From contig CALYAD010000054.1 of the NCBI GenBank assembly GCA_944393415.1, positions 34,989-98,988 of the forward strand: a stretch of DNA of 64,000 nt. The letters are read 5' to 3'. This DNA comes from an uncultured Clostridia bacterium (GTDB taxonomy: Bacteria > Bacillota > Clostridia > Oscillospirales > CAG-272). The position numbers were made by a program, and so were the translations under genes. Positions 26,434-36,647 of this stretch are shown in pieces. How positions within the stretch are numbered: position 1 is the stretch's first letter; every line of letters begins with the position of its first letter. The notes under the pieces are model-generated. The model made no database searches. It saw nothing but the letters and a program-made list of their open reading frames with translations, and was not told where the DNA came from.

Positions 26434-27726
26434 TCAGGACGCCCTTATTATAGTCTCAGGCTCCTGTTTTTTTGTCACTGTATCTGCGGTTATTATCACC
26501 TTTTCAACGTCATTTCTTGACGGTATCTCATACATGATATCCTGCATGATTTCCTCGAGGATCGCTCTCAGCCCGCGCGCTCCGGTATTACGCTCTATAG
26601 CTCTCGAGGCTACGGCCTTCAAAGCCTCATCCGTAAACTCAAGCTCCGTACCGTCAAGGGCAAACAGCTTTTTATACTGCTTGACAAGAGAGTTCTTGGG
26701 CTCCTCGAGAATACGCACAAGCGCGTTTTCGTCGAGATTGTCAAGACCGACAATTATCGGCAGCCGTCCTACAAGCTCCGGAATAAGTCCGAATTTAATT
26801 ACGTCGTGCGGAGTAACGTCCTTATACGGAGAACCGGTAAGCTTCTCGGTTTTGGTCATCACCCTGCCGCCAAAGCCGATAGTAGAATGTCCCTTACGGT
26901 TTTCGATGATCTCCTGTATATTATCAAACGCGCCGCCGCATATAAAGAGTATATTTTCCGTATTAATTTGTATAAACTCCTGATTGGGGTGCTTTCGTCC
27001 TCCCTGAGGCGGTACGTTCGCCACCGTTCCCTCAAGTATCTTAAGAAGCGCCTGCTGAACTCCCTCTCCGGAAACATCGCGGGTTATGGAGCGGTTTTCG
27101 GAGCGGCGTGATATCTTGTCTATCTCGTCAATATAGATTATACCCATTTCGGCAAGCTCCACATCGTAGTCCGCAGCCTGAATAAGCCTCAAAAGTATAT
27201 TCTCAACATCTTCTCCGACGTAGCCCGCTTCTGTAAGCGTGGTCGCGTCCGCTATCGCGAACGGCACCTTGAGCGTCTTCGCCAGCGTCTGGGCAAGGTA
27301 CGTCTTTCCCACACCGGTGGGGCCGAGAAGCAGAACGTTGCTCTTCTGTATCTCAACATCGTCCCCGTTTCTTTTTCCGCGGCGTCTCTTGCGACCCGCT
27401 CCGACGCCTCCGCTCTGAAGTATTCTTTTATAATGATTGTAAACCGCGACCGAAAGAGCCTTCTTGGCGTCGTCCTGTCCTATTACATAATCGTCCAGTG
27501 TCTTTTTTATCGTCTGCGGTTTCGGTAATGTTTCGTATGTCAGCCCGGAAACGTTCGCGGCGCTTGTCGCCTCGTCGATTATATCGTTGCACGCCTCCAC
27601 GCAATCGTTGCAGATATAAAGGCCGGTGGGCGACGGTATCAAAAACTGTACCTGATTCTCATTTCTTCCGCAAAAAATACAGTGTCTTGCCGGTATATTC
27701 CCGCCTGCTCGGTTACTTTGTGCCAT
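26434..27726 (-). CDS. clpX: ATP-dependent Clp protease ATP-binding subunit ClpX
   Basis: N-terminal zinc finger CIFCG...CNDC, Walker A GPTGVGKT and an IGF-loop region. Confidence 0.97.
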   Translation of the reverse strand: MAQSNRAGGNIPARHCIFCGRNENQVQFLIPSPTGLYICNDCVEACNDIIDEATSAANVSGLTYETLPKPQTIKKTLDDYVIGQDDAKKALSVAVYNHYKRILQSGGVGAGRKRRRGKRNGDDVEIQKSNVLLLGPTGVGKTYLAQTLAKTLKVPFAIADATTLTEAGYVGEDVENILLRLIQAADYDVELAEMGIIYIDEIDKISRRSENRSITRDVSGEGVQQALLKILEGTVANVPPQGGRKHPNQEFIQINTENILFICGGAFDNIQEIIENRKGHSTIGFGGRVMTKTEKLTGSPYKDVTPHDVIKFGLIPELVGRLPIIVGLDNLDENALVRILEEPKNSLVKQYKKLFALDGTELEFTDEALKAVASRAIERNTGARGLRAILEEIMQDIMYEIPSRNDVEKVIITADTVTKKQEPETIIRAS

Positions 27727-27773
27727 TTTTCAGACGCCTCCGTTTTTGGGTTAGTCAATTTTTCACTTTGAAA

Positions 27774-27800
27774 AGACCGCCCTTGATATTCAGGCGGTCT
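27774..27800 (-). terminator. Stem-loop between clpP and clpX (terminator or attenuator)
   Basis: AGACCGCC...GGCGGTCT stem followed on the minus strand by TTTTCAAAG. Confidence 0.5.
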
Positions 27801-27871
27801 CAGCGCTTTTTCATCTTTAATACTATGCTCAGCCGCACTCTGATATGACACTGAGCCGTAACAAGGCCGAC

Positions 27872-28456
27872 TTATGACCTTTTTTCGATCACCCTGTCTA
27901 TCAGACCGTATTCCATAGCCTGCTGCGCAGTCAGAAAATTATCGCGGTCGGTATCCTGCTCGATGACCGAAAGGGGCTTGCCCGTGTTCTCGGCGAGAAT
28001 CGAGTTGAGCTTCGCCTTTGTGCGAAGTATGTGCTCAGAATGTATTTTTATATCCGACGCCTGACCCTGGAAGCCCCCGAGAGGCTGATGGATCATTATC
28101 TCGCTGTTCGGCAGCGCGAGCCGCTTGCCCTTGGCTCCGGCAGAAAGCAGAAACGCGCCCATGCTCGCCGCCATTCCGACGCATATAGTGGAAACGTCGC
28201 ATTTTATATAATTCATTGTATCGTATATGGCGAACCCGGCCGACACCGATCCGCCCGGACTGTTTATATAAAAGGAAATATCCTTATCGGCATCCTGTGA
28301 CTCCAAAAACAGCAGCTGCGCCACCACAAGCGACGCTGTCACGTCGTTTACCTCCTCCGAAAGAAACACTATTCTGTCCGTGAGAAGACGCGAATATATA
28401 TCATAAGCTCGTTCTCCGTGATTTGTCTGCTGTATGACTGTTGGGACTAAAGACAT
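27872..28456 (-). CDS. clpP: ATP-dependent Clp protease proteolytic subunit
   Basis: 194 aa with the catalytic context [11 protein letters not shown] and full-length ClpP similarity. Confidence 0.97.
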   Translation of the reverse strand: MSLVPTVIQQTNHGERAYDIYSRLLTDRIVFLSEEVNDVTASLVVAQLLFLESQDADKDISFYINSPGGSVSAGFAIYDTMNYIKCDVSTICVGMAASMGAFLLSAGAKGKRLALPNSEIMIHQPLGGFQGQASDIKIHSEHILRTKAKLNSILAENTGKPLSVIEQDTDRDNFLTAQQAMEYGLIDRVIEKRS

Positions 28457-28567
28457 AATTATTTCATTCCTTTCCGTATATTATTCTAAAGGCCGGAATC
28501 ACTGTCGCGTCAGTCAGCCCTTTTTATTATCGGCCGCCTTAACGATTATACCATCCGGTACAACGGT

Positions 28568-29869
28568 TTATTCAGCCTTATCAACTTTTTTTTCGGTTAT
28601 TTCCGCGTTATCTTTAACAAAGGCGAGCGCCTTCTGAACTCTCAGATCCGCGCAGACGTCGTCCTTTGCCACCACTTCCCTGATCTTGTCGGCTTCCATA
28701 CCGTACATATCAGCCATACGCTTGTACTCCGCCTCGATCTCCTCGTCTGTCGGGGCAATGTTTTCAGCGTCCGCCACAGCCTCAAGCGCGAGACGAACCT
28801 TTACCGAGCGCTCCGCGCGGGGGCGGAAGTTCTCGCGAAGCTGATCGAGATTCTGACCGGTATATTTAAAATAAGTATTCAGATCAAGACCGTTTGAGCG
28901 GAGCTGCATATCGTATTCTCTGAGCTGGTTTTCCACTTCGTTCACATACATGGACTCCGGTATCTCAGCCTCCATGTTGCCGATAAGCACATCAAGTATT
29001 CTGTTTTCCGTCACCTGGTCCGCCGTCTTTTCATATCTTTCCGCTATCTTTGACCGAACGTCGGCTCTGTACGCCTCCATATTGTCAAAGGACATATCCT
29101 TGGCGAACTCGTCGTCAAGCGCCGGAAGCTCCTCCTTGGTTATTCCGTGCAGCTTGCATTTGAATACCGCCGCCTTGCCTGCCAGCTCCTTCGCTCCGTA
29201 ATCCTCAGGGAAGGTAACGTTTACGTCAAATTCCTGTCCGATGCTCTTGCCGACTACCTGATCCTCAAATCCCGGGATAAATTGACCGGAACCGAGCTTC
29301 AGTTTGTGCTTTTCTCCCTTTCCGCCCTCAAAAGGCGTTCCGTCCACAAAGCCCTCAAAATCTATTTCAGCCGTATCGCCCGGCTCGGCGGCCCGATCCG
29401 TGATCTCGATCTCTCTCGCCGCTCTTGCCTGCGCGGCCTTTATGTCGCTTTCAACCATCTCGTCCGTTACTTCCGTCACGTCGCGCTCGGCTTTTATACC
29501 CTTATAATCCTTCACCGTGACCTCCGGTCTGATATCAAAGGTCGCCTTAAGCACGGCCATACCGTTGTCGTCAAGAGAAACAACGTCAAATTCGGGACGG
29601 GACACGACCTTATACTCAGTCTCCTTCAGCGCGCTTTCATACGCGTCGGGAAGAAGATTGTTGAGCGCCTCATCCGTAAATATCCCTGATCCGTACAGCT
29701 TACGGATTATCGCAAGCGGCGCCTTCCCCTTACGGAAGCCGGGAACGTTCATCTTCACGACTTCCTTTTTGTATACGTTTCTGATCTCTGCCTCAAGCTC
29801 CGACGCCGGTATTCCGAACTGGATCTCGGCGCGGCTTTTTTCAAGTTTTTCCGATTTGATAAGACTCAT
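28568..29869 (-). CDS. tig: Trigger factor
   Basis: 433 aa with the N-terminal ribosome-binding GFRKGKAP motif, an FKBP-like middle domain and an acidic C-terminal domain. Confidence 0.95.
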   Translation of the reverse strand: MSLIKSEKLEKSRAEIQFGIPASELEAEIRNVYKKEVVKMNVPGFRKGKAPLAIIRKLYGSGIFTDEALNNLLPDAYESALKETEYKVVSRPEFDVVSLDDNGMAVLKATFDIRPEVTVKDYKGIKAERDVTEVTDEMVESDIKAAQARAAREIEITDRAAEPGDTAEIDFEGFVDGTPFEGGKGEKHKLKLGSGQFIPGFEDQVVGKSIGQEFDVNVTFPEDYGAKELAGKAAVFKCKLHGITKEELPALDDEFAKDMSFDNMEAYRADVRSKIAERYEKTADQVTENRILDVLIGNMEAEIPESMYVNEVENQLREYDMQLRSNGLDLNTYFKYTGQNLDQLRENFRPRAERSVKVRLALEAVADAENIAPTDEEIEAEYKRMADMYGMEADKIREVVAKDDVCADLRVQKALAFVKDNAEITEKKVDKAE

Positions 29870-29957
29870 TTTCTTAATGACGCCGCAAATCCGTTTTGCT
29901 GCGCGGCGTCGCTCCTTTCGATCGTTTGACTATTCCTGATTTTTACATACTTATTAT

Positions 29958-29986
29958 ATTTTACACATCCGCTATAAAAAAGTCAA
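29958..29986 (-). promoter_or_regulatory. Sigma-A type promoter of tig
   Basis: The minus strand reads TTGACT, 17 nt, TAAAAT. Confidence 0.55.
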
Positions 29987-30023
29987 CCACTTTCCAGTAA
30001 AATTAATAATTAATTCAATATTA

Positions 30024-30728
30024 TTATATTATTTTATACGGTACGAAATTCAGAAAATCCGCTGAGATCAGAGTAAAGCGTATCCCCTCGAACTCCGCCG
30101 AGGCGGGAATATCGTATTTCCCGTGTATGTGTCCGTAATAACACTCCCTAACGCCTCCGCCTTTCAGTACGTCCACTATCTCCCGGCATATAAAATCCGA
30201 AAAAACCGGCGGAAAGTGCAGAAAGGCTGTTTTTTCCGCTCCGACACCCAATTTATCGGCGGCTCTGATACCAAGCTCCAATCTGCCCGCTTCCCGCGCG
30301 ACTATTTTTTTATAGTCGGTATCTTTAGGGGAAGTTTTTTCATCGATATACCAGCCCCTTGAACCGATTATGATCCTCCCCTGCGCAAAGTACGCGTTAT
30401 TCTGAAGGAGCTTTATGCTGCGAATGTTTTTATCCGCAAAAAAAGCTTCTGTCTTTGCCGCCGTACTCCACCAATAATCGTGATTGCCCCTGCCTATCAG
30501 CTTTTGTCCCGGCAGGCTGTCAAGCAGCTTCAGGTCCGGCTCCGCCTCCTCAAGCGTCATGCCCCATGAAATATCTCCCGGAAGCACAACCGTATCCTCC
30601 TCGCTTACCGTCTTACGCCAGTTGACGATAAGCCGTTCTGTCCAGTTTCTCCAGCGCTCACCGAAAATGTCCATTGGTTTTTTCACGCCGCCGGAGAGAT
30701 GCGTGTCGGCTATAGTGAATAACGCCAT
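30024..30728 (-). CDS. Metallophosphoesterase family protein
   Basis: DTHL, GDISW, GNHDYWW and GHIHG motifs. Start trimmed to MALFTIADTHL, 10 nt after AAGAAAGGCAC. Confidence 0.85.
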   Translation of the reverse strand: MALFTIADTHLSGGVKKPMDIFGERWRNWTERLIVNWRKTVSEEDTVVLPGDISWGMTLEEAEPDLKLLDSLPGQKLIGRGNHDYWWSTAAKTEAFFADKNIRSIKLLQNNAYFAQGRIIIGSRGWYIDEKTSPKDTDYKKIVAREAGRLELGIRAADKLGVGAEKTAFLHFPPVFSDFICREIVDVLKGGGVRECYYGHIHGKYDIPASAEFEGIRFTLISADFLNFVPYKII

Positions 30729-30987
30729 TATGATTACCGTGCCTTTCTTTCGGTTTTCGCGCCGGGTCAGCCGGGCTGAATATTTTAATGATGCCGCTTT
30801 TTTACCTCGAATTGTCAAGTTAAGGTGAAACGGTTTTTTCAGTAAGGTCTGCGGATAAAAAAATCAGTCCGTTGTTACTGCCGTTCATTTATCGTCTTAT
30901 CGTATATTTTCAGACGTTTTTGCGCAAAATAGCTATAGCTTCCGCGTAAAAAAATACGCAAAACAGCCAAAGAAAGGAACGAAAAAC

Positions 30988-31182
30988 ATGGACAGCAAAA
31001 AAAACAATAAGCCGCTCAAGGGGGTCGTCTGCGATGTGGTGAACTGCGTTTATCACGACGGCGACTGCAGCTGCACGGCAAAGCAGATAGAAGTAGGACC
31101 GATGCAGGCTGTGAGCTGCACGGACACGGTCTGCGCTACCTTCAAGCCCTTACCGGAAAGTTATATCAACCGCTCAAATTAA
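30988..31182 (+). CDS. DUF1540-type small cysteine-rich protein
   Basis: 64 aa with VVCDVVNCVYHDGDCSCTAKQIEV...VSCTDTVCATF. AAAGAAAGGAAC SD. Confidence 0.7.
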   Translation: MDSKKNNKPLKGVVCDVVNCVYHDGDCSCTAKQIEVGPMQAVSCTDTVCATFKPLPESYINRSN

Positions 31183-31201
31183 ACGGGCTTACTAAACAAC
31201 C

Positions 31202-31286
31202 TCAGGGAAACTTTTTGAAAAAGTTTCCCTGAACCCCCTCAAAAGCTTTCAGCCGCGGCAGCCGCGCCCGGAAAAGTTTTCGGAAG
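31202..31286. repeat. Mosaic repeat copy (perfect hairpin TCAGGGAAACTTTTTGAAAAAGTTTCCCTGA at 31202-31232)
   Basis: It lies between the convergent DUF1540 gene and thrC, so it is a likely bidirectional terminator. It is followed by the CCCCTCAAAAGCTTT module. Confidence 0.8.
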
Positions 31287-31316
31287 ATAACAAGCCTATG
31301 TTACATAGAATAAGCC

Positions 31317-32801
31317 TTATTTAAGCAGCTCAAGCGTTACGGACGGCATATCTCCGGGCTCAATGACCCTGCTGAACCTCACTTGCTTCTTATCCAGCCC
31401 GGCAAGCGGCGCCGTTATCTCCGTCCCGGTCAGTCTGCTGAGCGCCTCAAGCGCCGCGGGCCCATCGGGTGCTTTTTCATTTTTCAGCGACTCGTACACA
31501 GAAGAAGCGAATTTATACGGACTCGCCGTAGAAGCCACTATTACGCGCTTTGCGGCTTTCTCTCCCGCCTCCTCCAGATACTGAAGCGCGCAGCTTATAC
31601 CGACCGCCGAATGCGTATCGACAAGATACCCATATTCGTTATAAATATCCCTTATCGTCCGCGCGGTTCCCGGCTCATCGCAGAAGTACCCGGCAAACTC
31701 TTTGCCTATCTCGTTTTTAAGCGCGTCGCTGACCGAATACCTTCCGCTCTCCGAAAGCCGCTTCATGTATCCCGCGGTCTCGTCCGATCCGGCAAGCAGG
31801 TAAAGCAGTCTCTCAAGATTTGACGATATCAGAATATCCATGGAAGGAGACATGGTCGTGTGGAAATCGCGGTTGCGGTCATAGATTCCCGTTCTGAGAA
31901 AATCCGTGAGGATGTTATTTCTGTTCGAGGCGCAGACAAGCCTGCCCACAGGAAGCCCCATGCGTTTCGCTATATACGCCGCGAATATGTTTCCGAAATT
32001 TCCCGTGGGAACGCATATATCCACCTTCTCGCCCGCGCTGATATCGCCGTTTTCAAGCAGATCGCAATAAGCGGAGATATAATATACTATCTGTGGGACG
32101 AGCCTGCCCCAGTTTATGGAGTTGGCAGACGAGAAGAAGTACCCTCTGTCACTCAGGCTTTTTACCATTCCGGCATCGGAAAAGATACGCTTGACTCCGT
32201 TCTGGGTGTCGTCAAAATTTCCCCTGACCGCGAAGACCTCTACATTATTACCCTCCTGCGTCGCCATCTGCAGCTTCTGCACCCGGCTCACTCCGTCCAC
32301 GGGGTAAAATACCGCTATCCTCACGCCGTCCACATCCCTGTAACCCTCAAGCGCCGCTTTGCCGGTATCTCCGGAGGTCGCCACCAGGATCAGCGCGGTC
32401 TTATCCTCCCCGGTCTTTCTCAGCGCTCTCACAAACAGCCTCGGCATCAGCTGGAGAGCCATATCCTTGAACGCCGCCGTGGGACCGTGCCAAAGCTCAA
32501 GGACTCGGAGTCTGTCGCCGACGGTCCTTACCGGCGCCGCGCCGCCCGGAAAACGGCTTTCGCCGTACGCCTCGCGGCAGTCGGAAAGAAGCTCGTCATA
32601 TGTGTAATCTGTCAGGAATTTTGACAGTACCGCCGCCGCCCTTTCCGGATAGCTCACCCCGGAAAGCTTTGATATCTCTCCGACTTCAAGAGACGGTATG
32701 CTCTGCGGCATGAACAGTCCCCCGTCCGAGGCAAGTCCGGTCTTAATCGCTCCCGCGGCAGTCGTACGCCCGCCGTTTCCTCTGGTGCTTATGTAATCCA
32801 T
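31317..32801 (-). CDS. thrC: Threonine synthase (long form)
   Basis: 494 aa with YISTRG at the N-terminus and the PLP-lysine motif HGPTAAFKD. Confidence 0.93.
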   Translation of the reverse strand: MDYISTRGNGGRTTAAGAIKTGLASDGGLFMPQSIPSLEVGEISKLSGVSYPERAAAVLSKFLTDYTYDELLSDCREAYGESRFPGGAAPVRTVGDRLRVLELWHGPTAAFKDMALQLMPRLFVRALRKTGEDKTALILVATSGDTGKAALEGYRDVDGVRIAVFYPVDGVSRVQKLQMATQEGNNVEVFAVRGNFDDTQNGVKRIFSDAGMVKSLSDRGYFFSSANSINWGRLVPQIVYYISAYCDLLENGDISAGEKVDICVPTGNFGNIFAAYIAKRMGLPVGRLVCASNRNNILTDFLRTGIYDRNRDFHTTMSPSMDILISSNLERLLYLLAGSDETAGYMKRLSESGRYSVSDALKNEIGKEFAGYFCDEPGTARTIRDIYNEYGYLVDTHSAVGISCALQYLEEAGEKAAKRVIVASTASPYKFASSVYESLKNEKAPDGPAALEALSRLTGTEITAPLAGLDKKQVRFSRVIEPGDMPSVTLELLK

Positions 32802-32849
32802 TTTTATAACTACCTTTCGTTCAATATTTATCTTTATGAGTATTTCCCT

Positions 32850-32990
32850 CAGCCGAAAACCTTAACCCGTAGATTTAGTTAACCTCCAAAAGCTTTTCTT
32901 AAAAAGGGGAATGTATTTGGATTTGAGCGGTCAGGTTATCTCTTCGCCTGATGAAATCAGACATACAGCCTTGAAGTTCTTTCGGAGCAG
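32850..32990. repeat. Mosaic intergenic repeat copy (degenerate)
   Basis: Contains the GATTTAGTTA, ATTTGGATTTG and CCTGATGAAAT modules, which are also present at 41561, 55374 and 55558. Confidence 0.55.
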
Positions 32991-33000
32991 CCCGTCGCTT

Positions 33001-33780
33001 TCAAGGCAACGATTCAAGCGACTTATAAAACTCAAGCGAGGAAAAACCTCTCCCCAAATGATTCAAAAGATATTTTTCGCAGTAAAGTGAAAACTGCATG
33101 TGCAAAGCCTCCTGAAGCTCAAAGGAGAGATATTTCTTCGCCTCCGAATAACAGACGTACCTCATTACGTCCAGCATCGGTTTCGAAAGCGGCAGGAGCA
33201 GAGCGGTATGCCCCTCCCTTATTTCCTCCGAGTTGCGCTTTCTATGACATTCGGCGCAGTGCATAACCCCGTCCATAACGTCAAGATACATTGTCTCCGA
33301 CGCCTCTGAGCCGCATTCGCTGCAGCCGACAAGATCGGGGCTGAAGCCGCATGCCGCCGCCGTCCTCAGCTCAAACGCCGCACGCAGCAGCCGCTTATCC
33401 TTCAGTCCGCGGTCCAGCGCGTAAAGAGTATTGAGCGTCAGCTGAAGCATCTCAGCCTCGTCTCCGTTCTCCACGCATACCTCATTTGCCACATCGCACA
33501 TATACACCGCAAGCGCGGTATCCTCAAGTACCGAGCGCAGGTGCGGGAAGCTTTCGAGCTCCGAGGCTTCTCTGACCCAAGGCCGCCCGCCTCTGTCTGC
33601 TGTGACAAACTCACTGTAGCACATCGGCAGACACGCGCCGCCGGATTTGTTTTTCAGACTTGAGCCGCCCTTAAGCAGCACCGGTATTTTGCCCGCCTCG
33701 GCAGTCAGGACCGTAAGCAGCTTATCGTTTTCGCCCCACGCCGCCTCCGTCAGCACAAGACCTCTGAACTGAGAGAGCAT
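33001..33780 (-). CDS. recO: DNA repair protein RecO
   Basis: 259 aa with an OB-fold N-terminus, a Cys4 zinc motif (CSECGS...CAEC) and the conserved era-recO context. Confidence 0.9.
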   Translation of the reverse strand: MLSQFRGLVLTEAAWGENDKLLTVLTAEAGKIPVLLKGGSSLKNKSGGACLPMCYSEFVTADRGGRPWVREASELESFPHLRSVLEDTALAVYMCDVANEVCVENGDEAEMLQLTLNTLYALDRGLKDKRLLRAAFELRTAAACGFSPDLVGCSECGSEASETMYLDVMDGVMHCAECHRKRNSEEIREGHTALLLPLSKPMLDVMRYVCYSEAKKYLSFELQEALHMQFSLYCEKYLLNHLGRGFSSLEFYKSLESLP

Positions 33781-33909
33781 TTTTATAAACGTTCCTTTCT
33801 TAAGCCTTACCCGGCGCTTCCCGCCCTGCCTTCAATTGACCGCGTCCCGTATAGATACGTCGCGAAAAGCTCCCGCGGTAAGTATAAATACGCTTCCTTT
33901 TGCTTTTTG

Positions 33910-34806
33910 TTAACGCTCCGTTTCTTCCTTTGTGAAGCCGAGACTGTTTAAAAGAGCCTCGCTGTTGCGCCAGTTCTTTTTGACCTTTACCCATAGGTCA
34001 AGATATACCTTAAGCCCGAAAAAGCGCTCCATATCTTCTCTCGCTCTTGTCCCGATGCGCTTAAGCAAGGCTCCGCCCTTTCCGATAATTATACCCTTAT
34101 GTGAGTCCTTTTCACAGTAAATCTCAGCCCTTATTTTCAAAATTCCCCGCTCTTCCCTGAATTCCTCTATAACCACCGCGGTCCCGTGAGGTATTTCCTC
34201 ATCAAGAGAACGAAGAAGCTTCTCCCTTATTATCTCTGAGGCTACGACCTTCTCGGGCTGATCCGTCAGAGCGTCATCGGGGAAAAGCCATTCCCCCTCT
34301 GCCATGAACTCATCCACCTCAGACAGAAGCTCGTCCACACCTTTGTTTTTTAACGCCGATATCGGGACCACAGCGTCAAAATCGTATATTTCCGAGTAAG
34401 CCTTTATCGTATCGCCGATCGAAGCAGGATCCGAGCGGTCGATCTTATTTATGGCAAGCACGGCGGGAAGGTCCGCTTTTCTTATTCTGTCTATAAGCTC
34501 TTTTTCGGTCTCTCCGGGACGCGCCACGGGTTCGACCACCAATATTACCGCGTCCACGCCTATCATCGCGCTCTTAACGGAATCCACCATCCGGCTTCCA
34601 AGCCTCGTCTTAGGCACATGCATTCCCGGAGTGTCCATAAACACATACTGCGTTTCCCCCCTTGTCAGTATACCGGTAATACGGTTTCTCGTAGTCTGGG
34701 GTTTATTTGAAACTATCGCCAGCTTTTCGCCTATCAACGCGTTTAACAGTGTGGATTTTCCCGCGTTCGGTCTGCCGACTATGGCGACAAATCCCGTTTT
34801 TTTCAC
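33910..34806 (-). CDS. era: GTPase Era
   Basis: GRPNAGKST, DTPG and NKID G-motifs plus a KH domain. GTG start 10 nt after AGAAAGGAAA. Confidence 0.95.
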   Translation of the reverse strand: MKKTGFVAIVGRPNAGKSTLLNALIGEKLAIVSNKPQTTRNRITGILTRGETQYVFMDTPGMHVPKTRLGSRMVDSVKSAMIGVDAVILVVEPVARPGETEKELIDRIRKADLPAVLAINKIDRSDPASIGDTIKAYSEIYDFDAVVPISALKNKGVDELLSEVDEFMAEGEWLFPDDALTDQPEKVVASEIIREKLLRSLDEEIPHGTAVVIEEFREERGILKIRAEIYCEKDSHKGIIIGKGGALLKRIGTRAREDMERFFGLKVYLDLWVKVKKNWRNSEALLNSLGFTKEETER

Positions 34807-34872
34807 TTCTGTATTTTTTCCTTTCTGATTATTAATGACGGACAGCGTATAATGATACCACCAAACGCAGGC

Positions 34873-35370
34873 TTATCTGTTAAGAGACATGGATTTCAGC
34901 ACGGCTTCCTGTCTGGAAAACATGTCCTCCTCCTCGGCTTTTCCGAGCTCATGATCATATCCGAGCAGGTGCAGCACGGAATGCACGCAGAGAAACGCCG
35001 TCTCTCTTTCAAAGGAATGCCCGTATTCCCCTGCCTGTCTGTCCGCTCTTTCAAGAGATATGACTATGTCTCCCAGAGCTATTCTCTCTTTCCCTTCGGT
35101 TCCGTGAAGCTCCGCCCGCTTCAGCGTCTCTTTAAGCTCTCCGTCGTCATAAAGCGGGAAGGACAGCACGTCGGTAGGACGATCAATGCCCCTGTACTCA
35201 AGGTTCAAAGCATGTATACCGTCATCATCCGTAAGCGTGACAGATATTTCCGCGTCAAGCTCAAAGCCCTCGCTTTTAAGCGTACTGTTTACCGCTCTGC
35301 GTATAAGCGCTCTGAGCGCCCGCGTCACCTCATGCTTGTCCTGAGTGTTGCTGATGTATATTTTATTCAT
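34873..35370 (-). CDS. ybeY: rRNA maturation RNase YbeY
   Basis: HSVLHLLGYDH zinc motif. 165 aa. Confidence 0.93.
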   Translation of the reverse strand: MNKIYISNTQDKHEVTRALRALIRRAVNSTLKSEGFELDAEISVTLTDDDGIHALNLEYRGIDRPTDVLSFPLYDDGELKETLKRAELHGTEGKERIALGDIVISLERADRQAGEYGHSFERETAFLCVHSVLHLLGYDHELGKAEEEDMFSRQEAVLKSMSLNR

Positions 35371-35399
35371 TTCCGCCGCCTTTTTTATTTCTTTCTTCC

Positions 35400-35541
35400 T
35401 AAAACTTTTTTGAAAAACGGTGTATGTCTGACTTTGCCATGTCCCGGGACTTCAGCGGAGCGCCGGAGGAAACCGGCTCAAATTTCTTTATATAAGTTTT
35501 TGGGGAGTTCAGAAATCCTTTTTTCAAAAAGGATTTCTGAA
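35400..35541. repeat. Mosaic repeat copy (perfect hairpin TTCAGAAATCCTTTTT-TC-AAAAAGGATTTCTGAA at 35508-35541)
   Basis: It includes the CTTCAGCGGAGCGCC and AAGTTTTTGGGGAG modules. It lies between phoH and ybeY. Confidence 0.8.
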
Positions 35542-35563
35542 GAAAAATCTCTGACGAGCATTT

Positions 35564-36607
35564 TCACGTCACTCTTCCGCTGTCCTGCGTCGCGTGCCGG
35601 AAGCGCGTACGGCGCTCCGTCCCTGCCTTTGAAAGTCTTTCCGCCTCATCTTTTTCATATGCCGCTATGATCTTCCTTACGAGCCTGTGTCTTACGACGT
35701 CCCGCTCAGTGAAGCGGTGTATCGCTATATCCTCTATTCCTTCAAGTATACGAGAGGCCTCCACAAGACCGCTGCCGGTGTTTCTCGGAAGATCTATCTG
35801 GGTGATATCACCGGTTATAACTATTTTCGAGCCGCTCCCGAGCCTTGTCAGCAGCATTTTCATCTGCTCCCTTGTGGTATTCTGCGCCTCGTCCAGAATA
35901 ATGAAGGCGTCATCAAGCGTCCTTCCGCGCATATATGCCAAAGGAGCTATTTCTATAGTCCCTCTCTCCACCTGTCTGGCGTAGCTCTCCGCCCCGAGCA
36001 TCTCAAAAAGCGCGTCATGAAGCGGTCTGAGATACGGATCTATCTTATTCTGGAGATCTCCCGGCAGATATCCGAGCTTTTCGCCTGCCTCCACCGCCGG
36101 ACGGGTAAGTATTATCCTTGTAATTTCCTTGGCTCTGAGCGCGGTCACAGCCATCGCTACTGCAAGAAATGTCTTTCCGGTTCCTGCCGGACCTATCCCC
36201 AGCACTATAGTGTTCTTTTTTATCAGATCCGTATATCTCTTCTGACCTGCGGTCTTGGGCTTTATCGGTTTTCCCTTGACCGTAACGCAGATACAGTCGT
36301 CATAGCCTTCAAGCTCCCCGTCGCGGTCTTCGAGTATCATTGAGGAGACGTACTCTGCCGTCTGCGCCGGAAGAGTACCCTGCATTTTGGCTGTTTTAGC
36401 CAGAATAGCGGCTGCCTTTGCCGCGCGTTCCGTCATTTGCTCGTCGGCTCCGCTTATTATCAGTGTGTTTCCCGCGCCCGTATCGCTGTCACGGTTCACG
36501 CAGGACACGCCGAATGTGCGCTCGAGTATCCTTATATTGCTGTCGAACGGTCCGAACAGCGCCGTTGCCGTTTCAACATTCTCTAATGGTATCCTTTTTT
36601 CCGTCAT
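35564..36607 (-). CDS. phoH: PhoH-family ATPase
   Basis: Walker A GPAGTGKT and PhoH-wide similarity. 347 aa. Confidence 0.92.
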   Translation of the reverse strand: MTEKRIPLENVETATALFGPFDSNIRILERTFGVSCVNRDSDTGAGNTLIISGADEQMTERAAKAAAILAKTAKMQGTLPAQTAEYVSSMILEDRDGELEGYDDCICVTVKGKPIKPKTAGQKRYTDLIKKNTIVLGIGPAGTGKTFLAVAMAVTALRAKEITRIILTRPAVEAGEKLGYLPGDLQNKIDPYLRPLHDALFEMLGAESYARQVERGTIEIAPLAYMRGRTLDDAFIILDEAQNTTREQMKMLLTRLGSGSKIVITGDITQIDLPRNTGSGLVEASRILEGIEDIAIHRFTERDVVRHRLVRKIIAAYEKDEAERLSKAGTERRTRFRHATQDSGRVT

Positions 36608-36647
36608 ACATTTTGACCTTCCTTTACGGGGATAAAACCCGCGTCTC

